From positions 235-64,234 of the forward strand of contig JAIESW010000005.1 of NCBI GenBank assembly GCA_019745565.1: a DNA stretch of 64,000 bases, given 5' to 3'. The notes under the pieces were generated by a model that was not told the DNA's origin, did no database searches, and worked only from the letters and a program-made list of their open reading frames with translations. This DNA is from Burkholderiales bacterium (GTDB lineage Bacteria; Pseudomonadota; Gammaproteobacteria; Burkholderiales; Ga0077523). The position numbers and the translations under genes were made by a program. Shown piece after piece: positions 42,265-52,890 of the stretch (positions are counted from its first letter, which is position 1; each line of letters opens with the position of its first letter).

Positions 42265-42688
42265 CGGGGAAACGGCGTCGGGATTCGGGATTCCAGTGGC
42301 ATTGCGGGTCGGGTCGGGGTGCGGGTGCCACCGGCGCGGCGCCACCAGCGCCGGCCAGTGTCAAAAAAAAGCATGCTTCGGGCCAAGGGTTTATCGTTGC
42401 GCGCCGTCTCGACGGCGTCGAGGCGGGGCGAGGGGGTGCAGTGCCAGGCGCCGTATGTCGCCGGGAACCGATGGCGCGCGATTGTCGCGATGCGGCAACC
42501 ACCGATCAACAGCATTCCGGGCCGGAGCGTGCGAATCTGAAGCGGATGCAGCTCAAGTCCATGTTCCGCTTCGACCGGGGCTCGGGTGAATCTCAGCATC
42601 GGCGCAAAGGTTCCCCGCGTCGTTCGGTCCTGCGAAACTGCCCCGAGGCGTCGCCGCCCGCGATTCGTGCCAACCAGCGCCGATCGGG

Positions 42689-42895
42689 CTACGCGGGCTG
42701 ATAGCCTGCCGTCACGATGGCTTGCCGGATCTGCTCGGTACTGGTGCGGGTGGGGTCGAACTCGACGGTGGCGGCACTGTCGGCCAGGGATACATCGGCC
42801 GAGGTGACACCGGGCAGGGCCCGGACCACGCGGGTGACGCTGGCGACACATCCGTTGCAGGTCATGCCGCCGACCTTGAGGGTGATTCGGTCCAT
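42689..42895 (-). CDS. copZ: Heavy-metal-associated (HMA) domain protein, CopZ-like
   Basis: Start at ATG 42895 (MDRITLKVGGMTCNGCVASV...). Has the MxCxxC metal-binding motif in a ferredoxin-like 68-aa domain. Confidence 0.8.
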   Translation of the reverse strand: MDRITLKVGGMTCNGCVASVTRVVRALPGVTSADVSLADSAATVEFDPTRTSTEQIRQAIVTAGYQPA

Positions 42896-42994
42896 GGAGT
42901 GACTTCCGATCTGGGATTCCGGTAATCCCGGCGGATCGGCCGAATTCGTCAATCAGCTCTCAAATCCGCGCGGGTCGTGCCGTAATGATGGGCC

Positions 42995-43687
42995 ATGGAG
43001 CTTGGATGGCAAGGTGGGGGAACGGCCAGGGCAAGCGGCGAGCGACGGAAGCTTGCGGCGGCGGGTCTTTTCGTCACCTGGCTCGGGGTGACCGCTTGGC
43101 TGTTCTGGCAATGGCAGGCGACCGGGCTCGGTCCCATCGGGGCCGACGGCACGGCGGCTGACCGGTTCGCCCAGTTCGATGCGGCCGGCCTGGACCCGAG
43201 TGCAGTGGCCCGGCTCCAGTCCGCGCCAGGCGGAACGACACGGACGGTCGTCGTCCATCTGCGCGACCCGGGCTGCGCCTGCAGCCGGATCGCCGACGAA
43301 CATTTCCTCGCGCTGGTCGCCCGGCATCAGGCGGACTCCGTGATCTTCGCGGTGGCCGAGGCCCCCGGCCCCCGAGCGACGCCGGCCCGCGGCATGGAAC
43401 GTCTGCCGCATCTCACGCCTGCCGAATCGGAACTGCTGTGGCGCAACCTGCCGGCTGCGCCGGCTGCTGCCGTCTTCGATCGATCGGGGCGACCGGTGTA
43501 TCTCGGTCCCTATGCCGACATCGCCCGATGCAGCGCCGGCCGCGGTGGTCCGGTCGAAGCGGCGGTCGCCAAGTCGGCCCGCGAGATCGACCTGGCCGGG
43601 CCCCGCCCGACCGCGATGATGGGCTGCTTCTGCAACCGCGGTCAGCAGACCGCGTCGGCCTCGGAAGGCGCGGTAATGCAGCGATGA
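42995..43687 (+). CDS. Membrane-anchored thioredoxin-fold-like protein (DUF6436-like)
   Basis: 230 aa. One N-terminal TM ([16 protein letters not shown]), then [14 protein letters not shown]...[18 protein letters not shown]...CS and C-terminal MGCFC. The stop overlaps the MCP start as ATGA. Family name is from memory and is tentative. Confidence 0.6.
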   Translation: MELGWQGGGTARASGERRKLAAAGLFVTWLGVTAWLFWQWQATGLGPIGADGTAADRFAQFDAAGLDPSAVARLQSAPGGTTRTVVVHLRDPGCACSRIADEHFLALVARHQADSVIFAVAEAPGPRATPARGMERLPHLTPAESELLWRNLPAAPAAAVFDRSGRPVYLGPYADIARCSAGRGGPVEAAVAKSAREIDLAGPRPTAMMGCFCNRGQQTASASEGAVMQR

Positions 43688-45186
43688 ACCCGACCCACGA
43701 ATTCACGCTCGCCACGCTCAACGTGCACGCCGACCGCGTGATGCTGGCGGTCGTCTGGGCGCTCATGGTGCTCGCTCTCGGCCTGGCTCCGTGGCACGGC
43801 ACCTGGTGGCCGGCCTTGTTGATCGGGCTGCCGGCCGCCATCGTGCCGACGGTGCTGGTGTCCCTGGTGCCCGGCAGCGCCATCACGCGGTGCGCGATGG
43901 GCGCCGCGTTCATGATCTTCACGGCCCTGCACATCCACCAGAGCCACGGCATGCTCGAACTGCACTTCGGTGTGTTCGTGCTGCTGGCGGTGTTGCTGTA
44001 CTACCGCGACTGGCTGCCCATCGTGGTTGCCGCCGGGGTGATCGCCGTGCATCACCTGGCCTTCGATTTCCTGCAGCGCGGCGGCTCGGGTGTGTGGGTG
44101 TTCGAGCAGAACACCGGCTTTAACATCGTGCTCGTGCACGCCCTGTATGTGGTGGTGGAAAGCGCGCTGCTCGCCTACCTCGCCGACCAGTTCCGGCGCG
44201 AGGCGCGCCAGTCGGAAGAGATCCACGCCATCGGCGGTCATCTGACGGTGGTGGACGGGCAGGTGGACCTCACCTACCGTCATCCGGACGCGAAGAGCGC
44301 GTTCGCGGTCGGGTTCAATCAGTTCATGGACGCGATCGCTTCGACCATGTCCCAGGTGGTCGCGACGGCCGGTCGCCTGCGCAGCGCCACGCAGTCCCTG
44401 TCGCAGGTCGTAGCCGACGCCCGCGATCGCACCGAACGCCAGCGCAGCCAGACCGAGCACGCGGCCGAATCCATCTCCGAGCTGCGTCGTGCGGTCGACG
44501 AAGTCGCCCGCGGCGCTTCGAACGCAGCGGAAGCGGCCCATCGTGCCCGCGACAACTCCCAGGACGGCATGAGCGTCGTGGCCGGCACGCGCGAAAAGGC
44601 GCAGCAGTTGGTCACGCAGACCGGTGCGGCCGGAACGCTCGTGGCACGCCTGCAGCAGGAAGGCGAGGGGATCGGCAAGGTGCTCGACGTCATCAAGGGC
44701 GTGGCGGAGCAGACCAATCTGCTCGCGCTCAATGCGGCGATCGAGGCTGCGCGCGCGGGCGAGCAGGGTCGCGGCTTTGCCGTGGTGGCGGACGAAGTCC
44801 GAACGCTCGCGTCGCGAACCCAGGAGTCCACGCGCGAGATCGAACAGATGATCGTGCGCCTGCAGTCGGGCGTACGCGACGTTGCAACCGCCATGCAGGC
44901 GAGTGCCGGTGCCGCCAACGAAAGCGCGGACTTCGCGCATCGCATGGCCGAGGCGCTGTCGGGCATTGCCCAGGCCGTCGAGAGCATCAACGACATGAAC
45001 GGACAGATCGCTTCGGCGGCCGAGGAACAGAGCACGGCGGCCGCCGAGATCGCGTCGAACGTGGACTCGATCCGCGATGCGGCGCAGGGCACGGCAGCCG
45101 GGGCCGAGACGACGGCCCGGGCGAGCAGCGAGCTGGACGGCCTCGCGCAGGAACTGGACACCGCCGTGAGGCGCTTCCGGACGTAA
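43684..45186 (+). CDS. Methyl-accepting chemotaxis protein with an N-terminal His-rich polytopic membrane domain
   Basis: Start at ATG 43684 (MNPTHEF...). About 190 aa with 6 predicted TM helices carrying [19 protein letters not shown] and LVHALY. No periplasmic domain or HAMP recognised. The C-terminal MCP signalling domain includes [32 protein letters not shown]. Confidence 0.85.
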   Translation: MNPTHEFTLATLNVHADRVMLAVVWALMVLALGLAPWHGTWWPALLIGLPAAIVPTVLVSLVPGSAITRCAMGAAFMIFTALHIHQSHGMLELHFGVFVLLAVLLYYRDWLPIVVAAGVIAVHHLAFDFLQRGGSGVWVFEQNTGFNIVLVHALYVVVESALLAYLADQFRREARQSEEIHAIGGHLTVVDGQVDLTYRHPDAKSAFAVGFNQFMDAIASTMSQVVATAGRLRSATQSLSQVVADARDRTERQRSQTEHAAESISELRRAVDEVARGASNAAEAAHRARDNSQDGMSVVAGTREKAQQLVTQTGAAGTLVARLQQEGEGIGKVLDVIKGVAEQTNLLALNAAIEAARAGEQGRGFAVVADEVRTLASRTQESTREIEQMIVRLQSGVRDVATAMQASAGAANESADFAHRMAEALSGIAQAVESINDMNGQIASAAEEQSTAAAEIASNVDSIRDAAQGTAAGAETTARASSELDGLAQELDTAVRRFRT

Positions 45187-45230
45187 CCCTTTCCAGTGGT
45201 GAGTGACGCGCTTCGGGCGAAGCGTGCACC

Positions 45231-45264
45231 GGGCGGCCCGGCTTCTTCGGGTCGCCCTTTTTTT
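45231..45264 (+). terminator. Rho-independent terminator after the MCP gene
   Basis: gggcggcccg-gcttctt-cgggtcgccc-ttttttt (one mismatch in the stem), located 45 nt after the stop. Confidence 0.7.
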
Positions 45265-45321
45265 CGGGTGCTTGCGCGAGTCGGCTACGGTGCTCCGGCC
45301 GGTTGCCGGAACATCTTTCAA

Positions 45322-45444
45322 CACGAAGGACGTGAAGAACACGAAGGGCACGAAGAAGACCGGTGAGACCTGCAAGGGCCCGAATCCCTGGTGGTGCGTC
45401 CCGAGATGTTCCCTCAGTGCCCTTCGTGCTCCTCGTGTCTCACG
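45322..45444. repeat. Inverted arrays of CACGAAGRR / YYCTTCGTG short repeats
   Basis: Left: cacgaagga-cgtgaagaa-cacgaaggg-cacgaagaag (45322-45358). Right: gtgcccttcgtgctcctcgtgtctcacg (45417-45444). The core cacgaagggcac/gtgcccttcgtg is perfectly complementary. Lies just 3' of the acetoacetyl-CoA synthetase stop. Confidence 0.8.
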
Positions 45445-45456
45445 CTTTGCCGCGAG

Positions 45457-47409
<1,953 letters not shown>

Positions 47410-47549
47410 TGCGGACTCCAGAAAAGCGGACAGCGGCGGGGAGGCGCGGAATGTTACGCACCTCGTTGCAGTGCGGCAATCGACGCCTCGGTCCATGGGA
47501 AGGCTGGACCCCCGGGGGTGAAATGCCGCAGACCCTTCGGGGCACTCCC

Positions 47550-48359
47550 TCAGGCGGCAGCGCCGAGCCGGGTCGAGAGTTCGCGGCTCGCGGCCCGCAG
47601 CGCGCGTGCCGGTCTGCCTTCCAGGCTCGCGTCGAAGCCGCCCGAGTAACCCAGCGCACTCAGCGCCAGCACCATTTCGCCGCGATGGTCGAACACCGGC
47701 ACTGCCACCGCACTGATGCCCGGCAACAGGGTCCCTTCGGCCTGCGCGATGCCCTGGGCGCGGATCGCGGCCATCGCTGCTTCGAAGGCGCGGCGCGACG
47801 TGGGCAACCCCGGGCGGCGGGCACGGGCCGCGGCGGCCAGTTCGTCGTCGAGCAGCTTCTCCGTGCGCGAGGCCGGCATCCACGCAGCAAAGCAGCGGCC
47901 GATCGCCGAGGCGAGCAGCGGCATGACCGCACCCGCGCGCAGATAGACGATCACCGCCTGGGTCGATTCCTCCCAGCGCACGATGGTGGGGCCGCGATTG
48001 CCCCATACGGCGGCGGCCACCGTCGTGTCGAGGCGCGCGGCGAGGTCGATCATCATCGGTCCAGCGAGGCGGACGGCATCGATGCGGGCAAGGGCTGCCA
48101 GGCCGAGGCCGAGCGAGAAGCTCCCTAGGTCGTACCAACCCGTCGCCGGATCCTGTTCCACCAGACCCAGGCGGATGAAGCTCACCAGGTAGCGGTGCGC
48201 CTTGGCGGGCGGCATGCCGGCTTCCGCTGCGAGATCCTTCAGCATCGTCGGCCCGCCGCGCGCGACCAGGGCGTGCAGCAGGGCGCCGCCGGTCTCGAGC
48301 GACTGGATTCCCTGGGGCGCGCGCGGCGTGACGCGCAGGGCGGCGGAACGTTGTGCCAT
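47550..48359 (-). CDS. IclR-family transcriptional regulator
   Basis: N-terminal wHTH ([51 protein letters not shown]) and a C-terminal IclR effector domain. Start is ATG 48359 (preferred, as it keeps the palindrome intergenic) or 48398. Confidence 0.85.
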   Translation of the reverse strand: MAQRSAALRVTPRAPQGIQSLETGGALLHALVARGGPTMLKDLAAEAGMPPAKAHRYLVSFIRLGLVEQDPATGWYDLGSFSLGLGLAALARIDAVRLAGPMMIDLAARLDTTVAAAVWGNRGPTIVRWEESTQAVIVYLRAGAVMPLLASAIGRCFAAWMPASRTEKLLDDELAAAARARRPGLPTSRRAFEAAMAAIRAQGIAQAEGTLLPGISAVAVPVFDHRGEMVLALSALGYSGGFDASLEGRPARALRAASRELSTRLGAAA

Positions 48360-48385
48360 CGGAAATTGACCGCATGCTAGGCGCG

Positions 48386-48423
48386 GATTACGATTCATGC
48401 AATCAATTCACCTAATCGTAATC
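48386..48423. promoter_or_regulatory. Perfect 10-bp inverted repeat GATTACGATT - 18 nt - AATCGTAATC in the iclR / liv divergent region
   Basis: Directly read. It is the only AT-rich stretch of this intergenic region, so it is a candidate IclR operator overlapping the divergent promoters. Confidence 0.4.
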
Positions 48424-48500
48424 GCACTCAGGCGCGGTTGCAGACCGAGGGAGGAGTCGTCCGGGCGCCGAAGCGGCGTTCGCGACGAAGGGCGAAGCGC

Positions 48501-49373
48501 GTGGCGGAATTCCTGCAGTTCCTCTTCTCGGGGCTCACCAGCGGTTCCATCTATGCGCTGGCGGCGCTCGGCTTCGCGATCATCTACAACGCGAGCGGCG
48601 TCATCAATTTCGCCCAGGGCGAGTTCATCATGCTGGGCGGCATGGTGTCGGTGTTCCTCACGGCGTCCGGCTTTCCGCTGCCGCTCGCCGTTCTCGGTGC
48701 CGTGCTGGTTGCGGTCGTTGCCGGCGTGCTGATCGACAAGGCTGCCATCGAACCCGCGCGCGACGCCGAAGTGGTGACGCTCATCATCATCACCATCGGC
48801 GCCTCGATCCTCATCCAGGGGCTGGTGCAGGTGATCTTCGGCAAGGGCCAGCACGCGCTGAAGCCGTTCAGCGGCGACACGCCCCTGGTCATCGGCGGGG
48901 CGAGTCTCCTGCCGCAGAGCCTCTGGGTGATGGCGGTGTCGGTGCTCGTGGTGGCGGGTCTGTGGGGTTTCTTCAACCGCACGCGGTTCGGCAAGGCGAT
49001 GCTCGCCGCGTCGTACAACCGGCTCGGCGCGCAACTGGTCGGTATCGACACCCGGCGCGTGTGGCTGGTGGCGTTCGCGTTGTCGGGTGCGCTCGGCGCC
49101 ATCGCCGGCGCGCTGGCGGCGCCGATCACCATGACGTCCTACGACGCCGGACTGATGCTGGGTCTCAAGGGCTTCGTCGCGGCGACCCTGGGTGGTCTCG
49201 GCAGCGGCGTCGGCGCGGTCGCCGGCGGGTTGGTGCTGGGCCTCGCGGAGGCGATGACGGCTGGCTATGTCTCGTCTGCGTACAAGGATGCGGTGCCGTT
49301 CGTGCTGATCCTCCTCGTGCTGTTCTTTCTGCCTCGCGGCCTGTTCGGGTCGCGAGCGGTCGATCGGGTATGA
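48501..49373 (+). CDS. livH: Branched-chain amino acid-type ABC transporter permease (LivH family)
   Basis: I suggest GTG 48501 (VAEFLQFLFSGLTSGSIYALAALGF..., the typical LivH N-terminus). The 21 upstream codons are Arg-rich. The stop overlaps the livM ATG as ATGA. Confidence 0.85.
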   Translation: MAEFLQFLFSGLTSGSIYALAALGFAIIYNASGVINFAQGEFIMLGGMVSVFLTASGFPLPLAVLGAVLVAVVAGVLIDKAAIEPARDAEVVTLIIITIGASILIQGLVQVIFGKGQHALKPFSGDTPLVIGGASLLPQSLWVMAVSVLVVAGLWGFFNRTRFGKAMLAASYNRLGAQLVGIDTRRVWLVAFALSGALGAIAGALAAPITMTSYDAGLMLGLKGFVAATLGGLGSGVGAVAGGLVLGLAEAMTAGYVSSAYKDAVPFVLILLVLFFLPRGLFGSRAVDRV

Positions 49374-50296
49374 GCGTGCGCTGGAAGGGCCTGCTCGGTC
49401 TTGCGGTGCTGCTGGCAGTGCTGCCCTGGCTGCTGCCCAACACGTACGTGCTGGACGTGGTGAACCGCATCGGCATCAACGCGATCGCGGTGATCGGGCT
49501 CAATCTCGTGATGGGCTATGCCGGGCAGGTGAGTCTGGGTCACGCCGGGTTCTTCGGGCTCGGTGCCTACGCATCCGCGATCCTGACGTCGCGCTACGGT
49601 TGGCCGCCGCTCGTGGCGATGGGCGCAGGCATGGCGGGGACGGGTCTGCTCGCCTTCGCGGTCGCGCGGCCTATCCTGCGGCTGAAGGGCCACTACCTCG
49701 CGATGGCGACGCTGGGCCTCGGCATCATCGTCTCGATCGTCATCACCAACGAAAGCGCGTGGACCGGCGGTCCCGACGGCATGCCGGTGGATGCGCTCGC
49801 CGTGGCGGGAGTTGCGCCAAGCGGGGAGTTCCAGTGGTACTGGCTGATCGCGACCTGTCTCTGGGTTGCGGCGTGGCTCGCCGGCAATCTGGTGGATTCC
49901 CCCGTGGGCCGCGCGCTGCGAGCGCTGCATGGGTCGGAAGCGGCGGCACAATCGGTGGGCGTCGACATCGCCCGCTACAAAGCGCGGGTGTTCACCATCT
50001 CGGCGGTGTTCGCGAGCTTCGCAGGCTCGCTGTTCGCGCACTACGTGGGGTTCATCACGCCGCAGGTCGCGAGCTTCCTGCACTCCATCGAGCTGGTCAC
50101 GATGGTCGTGGTGGGCGGCATGGCGTCCGTGTACGGGTCGGTGTTCGGCGCAGCGTTGCTCACGACGCTGCCGCAACTGCTGGCGGAGTTCGAAGGCTGG
50201 GAGATGGTGGTGTTCGGTGCGCTGTTGATCCTGGTGATGGTGCTGCTGCCGCGCGGCCTCGTACCGACCGTGTTGCGGAGGTGGCGCGGTGCTTGA
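49370..50296 (+). CDS. livM: Branched-chain amino acid-type ABC transporter permease (LivM family)
   Basis: MSVRWKGLLGLAVLLAV...INAIAVIGLNLVMGYAGQVSLGHAGFFGLGAY is the LivM signature. Confidence 0.9.
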   Translation: MSVRWKGLLGLAVLLAVLPWLLPNTYVLDVVNRIGINAIAVIGLNLVMGYAGQVSLGHAGFFGLGAYASAILTSRYGWPPLVAMGAGMAGTGLLAFAVARPILRLKGHYLAMATLGLGIIVSIVITNESAWTGGPDGMPVDALAVAGVAPSGEFQWYWLIATCLWVAAWLAGNLVDSPVGRALRALHGSEAAAQSVGVDIARYKARVFTISAVFASFAGSLFAHYVGFITPQVASFLHSIELVTMVVVGGMASVYGSVFGAALLTTLPQLLAEFEGWEMVVFGALLILVMVLLPRGLVPTVLRRWRGA

Positions 50297-51062
50297 ACTC
50301 GCCGGCATCTCCAAGCGGTTCGGCGGTGTACAGGCACTGGCCGGCATCGACTACGCGGTGAACCCGGGCCGGGTGCACTCGGTGATCGGCCCCAACGGCG
50401 CCGGCAAGACAACGCTGTTCAACGTGATCACTGGCGTCTATCAGCCCACCGAGGGCACGGTGAAACTGCACGGCGAAGTGGTGTCGGGCCGTACGCCGGA
50501 CCAGCTCGCGCGTCGCGGCGTCGCACGCACCTTCCAGAATCTGCAGGTGTGCCAGCACATGAGCGCGCTCGAGAACGTGATGGTCGGCGCGCATCTGCGG
50601 TTGTCGCAGCGGCTGTTGCCCGCGCTCTTCCATCTGCCCGGCCTGCGGCGGGCCGACAGCGGTTGCCGGGACGAGGCGATGGAATTGATGCGCTTCGTGG
50701 GTGTGCACGACTACGCTCTGCGCCCGGCCGAAGCCTTGCCCTACGGGGTGCTGAAGCGACTGGAGATCGCGCGGGCGCTCGCGTTGAAGCCGAAACTGCT
50801 GTTCCTCGACGAACCGGCCGCTGGTTTGAATCCCACCGAGAAGGTGGCGATGCGCGAGCTGATCCGCGCCATCGCCGAGAGCGGCATCACGGTGGTATTG
50901 GTGGAACACGACATGAAGCTGGTGATGGGCGTGTCGGATCACGTGCTGGTGCTCGATTACGGCCGCAAGCTGGCCGAAGGCACCGCCGACGAGGTGCGCG
51001 AGAATCCCGCGGTGGTCGCCGCGTATCTCGGTGCCGGATCGGCCCGGGCGACGCTGCAATGA
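50289..51062 (+). CDS. livG: ABC transporter ATP-binding protein (LivG family)
   Basis: GTG start overlaps livM by 8 nt. Walker A GPNGAGKTT, signature and Walker B LLFLDEPAAGLN, and a LivG-type C-terminal extension. Confidence 0.9.
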   Translation: MLELAGISKRFGGVQALAGIDYAVNPGRVHSVIGPNGAGKTTLFNVITGVYQPTEGTVKLHGEVVSGRTPDQLARRGVARTFQNLQVCQHMSALENVMVGAHLRLSQRLLPALFHLPGLRRADSGCRDEAMELMRFVGVHDYALRPAEALPYGVLKRLEIARALALKPKLLFLDEPAAGLNPTEKVAMRELIRAIAESGITVVLVEHDMKLVMGVSDHVLVLDYGRKLAEGTADEVRENPAVVAAYLGAGSARATLQ

Positions 51063-51793
51063 ACGCGCGGCCGGAGGTTGCCGCAGCGACGCTGCTCGAC
51101 GTCCAGGGACTGGCAGCCCAGTACGGGCGCATCCGCGCGCTCGACGGTGTGTCGTTGCGCGTTGCCGAAGGTGCGCTGGTGGCCCTGATCGGCGCCAACG
51201 GGGCCGGCAAGACGACGCTGCTGTGCACGCTGTCCGGGGTGCGCCCGGCCGTGGAAGGCGCGGTTCGGTTCGGCGGCGTGGACTTCACCCGTGCGCCGAC
51301 GCAGGCGCGCGTGCGCGCCGGGCTCGCGCAGGTGCCGGAAGGCCGGCAGGTCTTCGGACCGATGAGCGTCGAGGACAATCTGCGCCTCGGCGGCTATCTG
51401 CGGCCGAAGGCGGAAGTGCAGCGCGGTCTCGACCATGCATACGAGCTGTTTCCGGTGTTGCGCGACAAGCGGGCGGAAGCCGCAGGGATGCTGTCGGGCG
51501 GCCAGCAGCAGATGCTGGCGATCGGCCGTGCGTTGATGAGCGCACCGAAGCTGCTGTTGCTCGATGAGCCCAGCATGGGGCTCGCACCGAAGCTGGTGGA
51601 GGAGGTCTTCGGCACCATCGAACGGTTGCGGCGCGACGGTGTGAGCGTGCTGCTGGTGGAACAGAACGCGACGGCGGCACTGGCCATCGCCGACTACGGT
51701 TACGTGCTCGAGACGGGACGCATCGTGCTCGAAGGTTCGGGGGCGCACCTGCGCGAGAATGCACAGGTGCGGGAAGCCTACTTGGGGTTGTGA
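51059..51793 (+). CDS. livF: ABC transporter ATP-binding protein (LivF family)
   Basis: ATG 51059 overlaps the livG stop as ATGA. GANGAGKTT, LSGGQQQMLAIGRAL, and LLLLDEPSMGLAP. Confidence 0.9.
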   Translation: MNARPEVAAATLLDVQGLAAQYGRIRALDGVSLRVAEGALVALIGANGAGKTTLLCTLSGVRPAVEGAVRFGGVDFTRAPTQARVRAGLAQVPEGRQVFGPMSVEDNLRLGGYLRPKAEVQRGLDHAYELFPVLRDKRAEAAGMLSGGQQQMLAIGRALMSAPKLLLLDEPSMGLAPKLVEEVFGTIERLRRDGVSVLLVEQNATAALAIADYGYVLETGRIVLEGSGAHLRENAQVREAYLGL

Positions 51794-51806
51794 ACGGAGA
51801 ATCGTC

Positions 51807-52763
51807 ATGGAAAAGAAATTCGCGTCGCAGGCTGATCTGGAAGAAAAGAAGGTCAGCTTTACCAGGCTTGCCGACTGTGCCTACGCCTACACGGCCGAAG
51901 GTGATCCCAACACCGGCATCGTCATCGGCGACGACGGCGTGATGGTGATCGACACCCAGGCCACGCCGGTGATGGCGCAGGACGTGATCCGGCGCATCCG
52001 CGAGGTCACCGACAAGCCGATCAAGTACGTCGTGATGTCGCACTACCACGCGGTGCGGGTGCTCGGCGCCAGCGCGTACGGTGCGCAACAGGTCATCGCG
52101 AGCCGCGGCACCTACGATCTGATCGTGGAACGCGGCGAGGCCGACATGAAATCCGAGATCGAGCGCTTTCCGCGGCTGTTCCAGGCGGTGGAGTCGATTC
52201 CCGGGCTCACCTGGCCCACCATCGTGTTCGAGGAGGCCATGACCCTCTGGATGGGCAAGCTCGAAATCCGCATCATGCATCTCGGACGCGGGCATACGAA
52301 GGGTGATACGGTCGTGTGGTTGCCGCAGCAGAAAGTGCTGTTCAGCGGCGATCTGGTGGAGTTCGCTGCCACGCCTTACACCGGGGATGCCTACCTGACC
52401 GATTGGCCGGCAACGCTGGACCGGATTGCGGCGCTGCAACCGGAAGCGCTCGTTCCCGGGCGCGGTGACGCACTGCTTGGCACGACCCAGGTGGCCAAAG
52501 GGCTGACCGACACGCGTGCCTTCGTCACCGAGATGTTCGGTGCGGTGAAGCAGGGTGCCGCTGCCGGCAGGAATCTGCGCGAGGTCTACAAGCAGACCTA
52601 CGACGCGCTGAAGCCGAAGTTCGGTCACTGGGTCATTTTCGACCATTGCATGCCGTTCGACGTGAGCCGGGCGTACGACGAAGCGACCGGCCATCGCGAT
52701 CCGCGCATCTGGACGGCGCAGCGGGACAAGGAGATGTGGGCGCAGTTGGAGGGGCATCGATAA
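51807..52763 (+). CDS. MBL-fold metallo-hydrolase with a degenerate HxHxDH motif
   Basis: ATG 51807 preceded by ACGGAGA. VIDTQATP...VVMSHYHAVRVLG has HYHAVR in place of HxHxDH. HLGRGHTKGDTVVWLP and FSGDLV are retained. Confidence 0.8.
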   Translation: MEKKFASQADLEEKKVSFTRLADCAYAYTAEGDPNTGIVIGDDGVMVIDTQATPVMAQDVIRRIREVTDKPIKYVVMSHYHAVRVLGASAYGAQQVIASRGTYDLIVERGEADMKSEIERFPRLFQAVESIPGLTWPTIVFEEAMTLWMGKLEIRIMHLGRGHTKGDTVVWLPQQKVLFSGDLVEFAATPYTGDAYLTDWPATLDRIAALQPEALVPGRGDALLGTTQVAKGLTDTRAFVTEMFGAVKQGAAAGRNLREVYKQTYDALKPKFGHWVIFDHCMPFDVSRAYDEATGHRDPRIWTAQRDKEMWAQLEGHR

Positions 52764-52779
52764 GTGAATCGCGGTTGTG

Positions 52780-52874
52780 CCCCCACCCCAACCCTCCCCC
52801 GGCGAAGCCGGGGGAGGGAGCCTTACGCCCCTTCCCCCACCTTCGGTGGGGGAAGGCGGGGATGGGGGCAGCGG
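52780..52874. repeat. Family-A nested-hairpin repeat, full form, inside a co-directional gene pair
   Basis: Outer arms cccccaccccaacc / ggcggggatggggg. Inner hairpins ccctcccccggc-gaa-gccgggggaggg and ccttcccccacc-ttc-ggtgggggaagg (both perfect 12-bp stems). Ends with cagcgg. Fills most of the 127-bp gap between the MBL and FAD-monooxygenase genes. Confidence 0.9.
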
Positions 52875-52890
52875 TGTCACCAGATTTCGC

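Noticed and set aside
42261-42851. 196-aa minus-strand ORF in the GGDEF upstream region
   Set aside because: GC3 is only moderate, the composition is Arg/Pro-rich, and it overlaps the CopZ-like gene out of frame. No motif was recognised. I treat the region as a non-coding leader.
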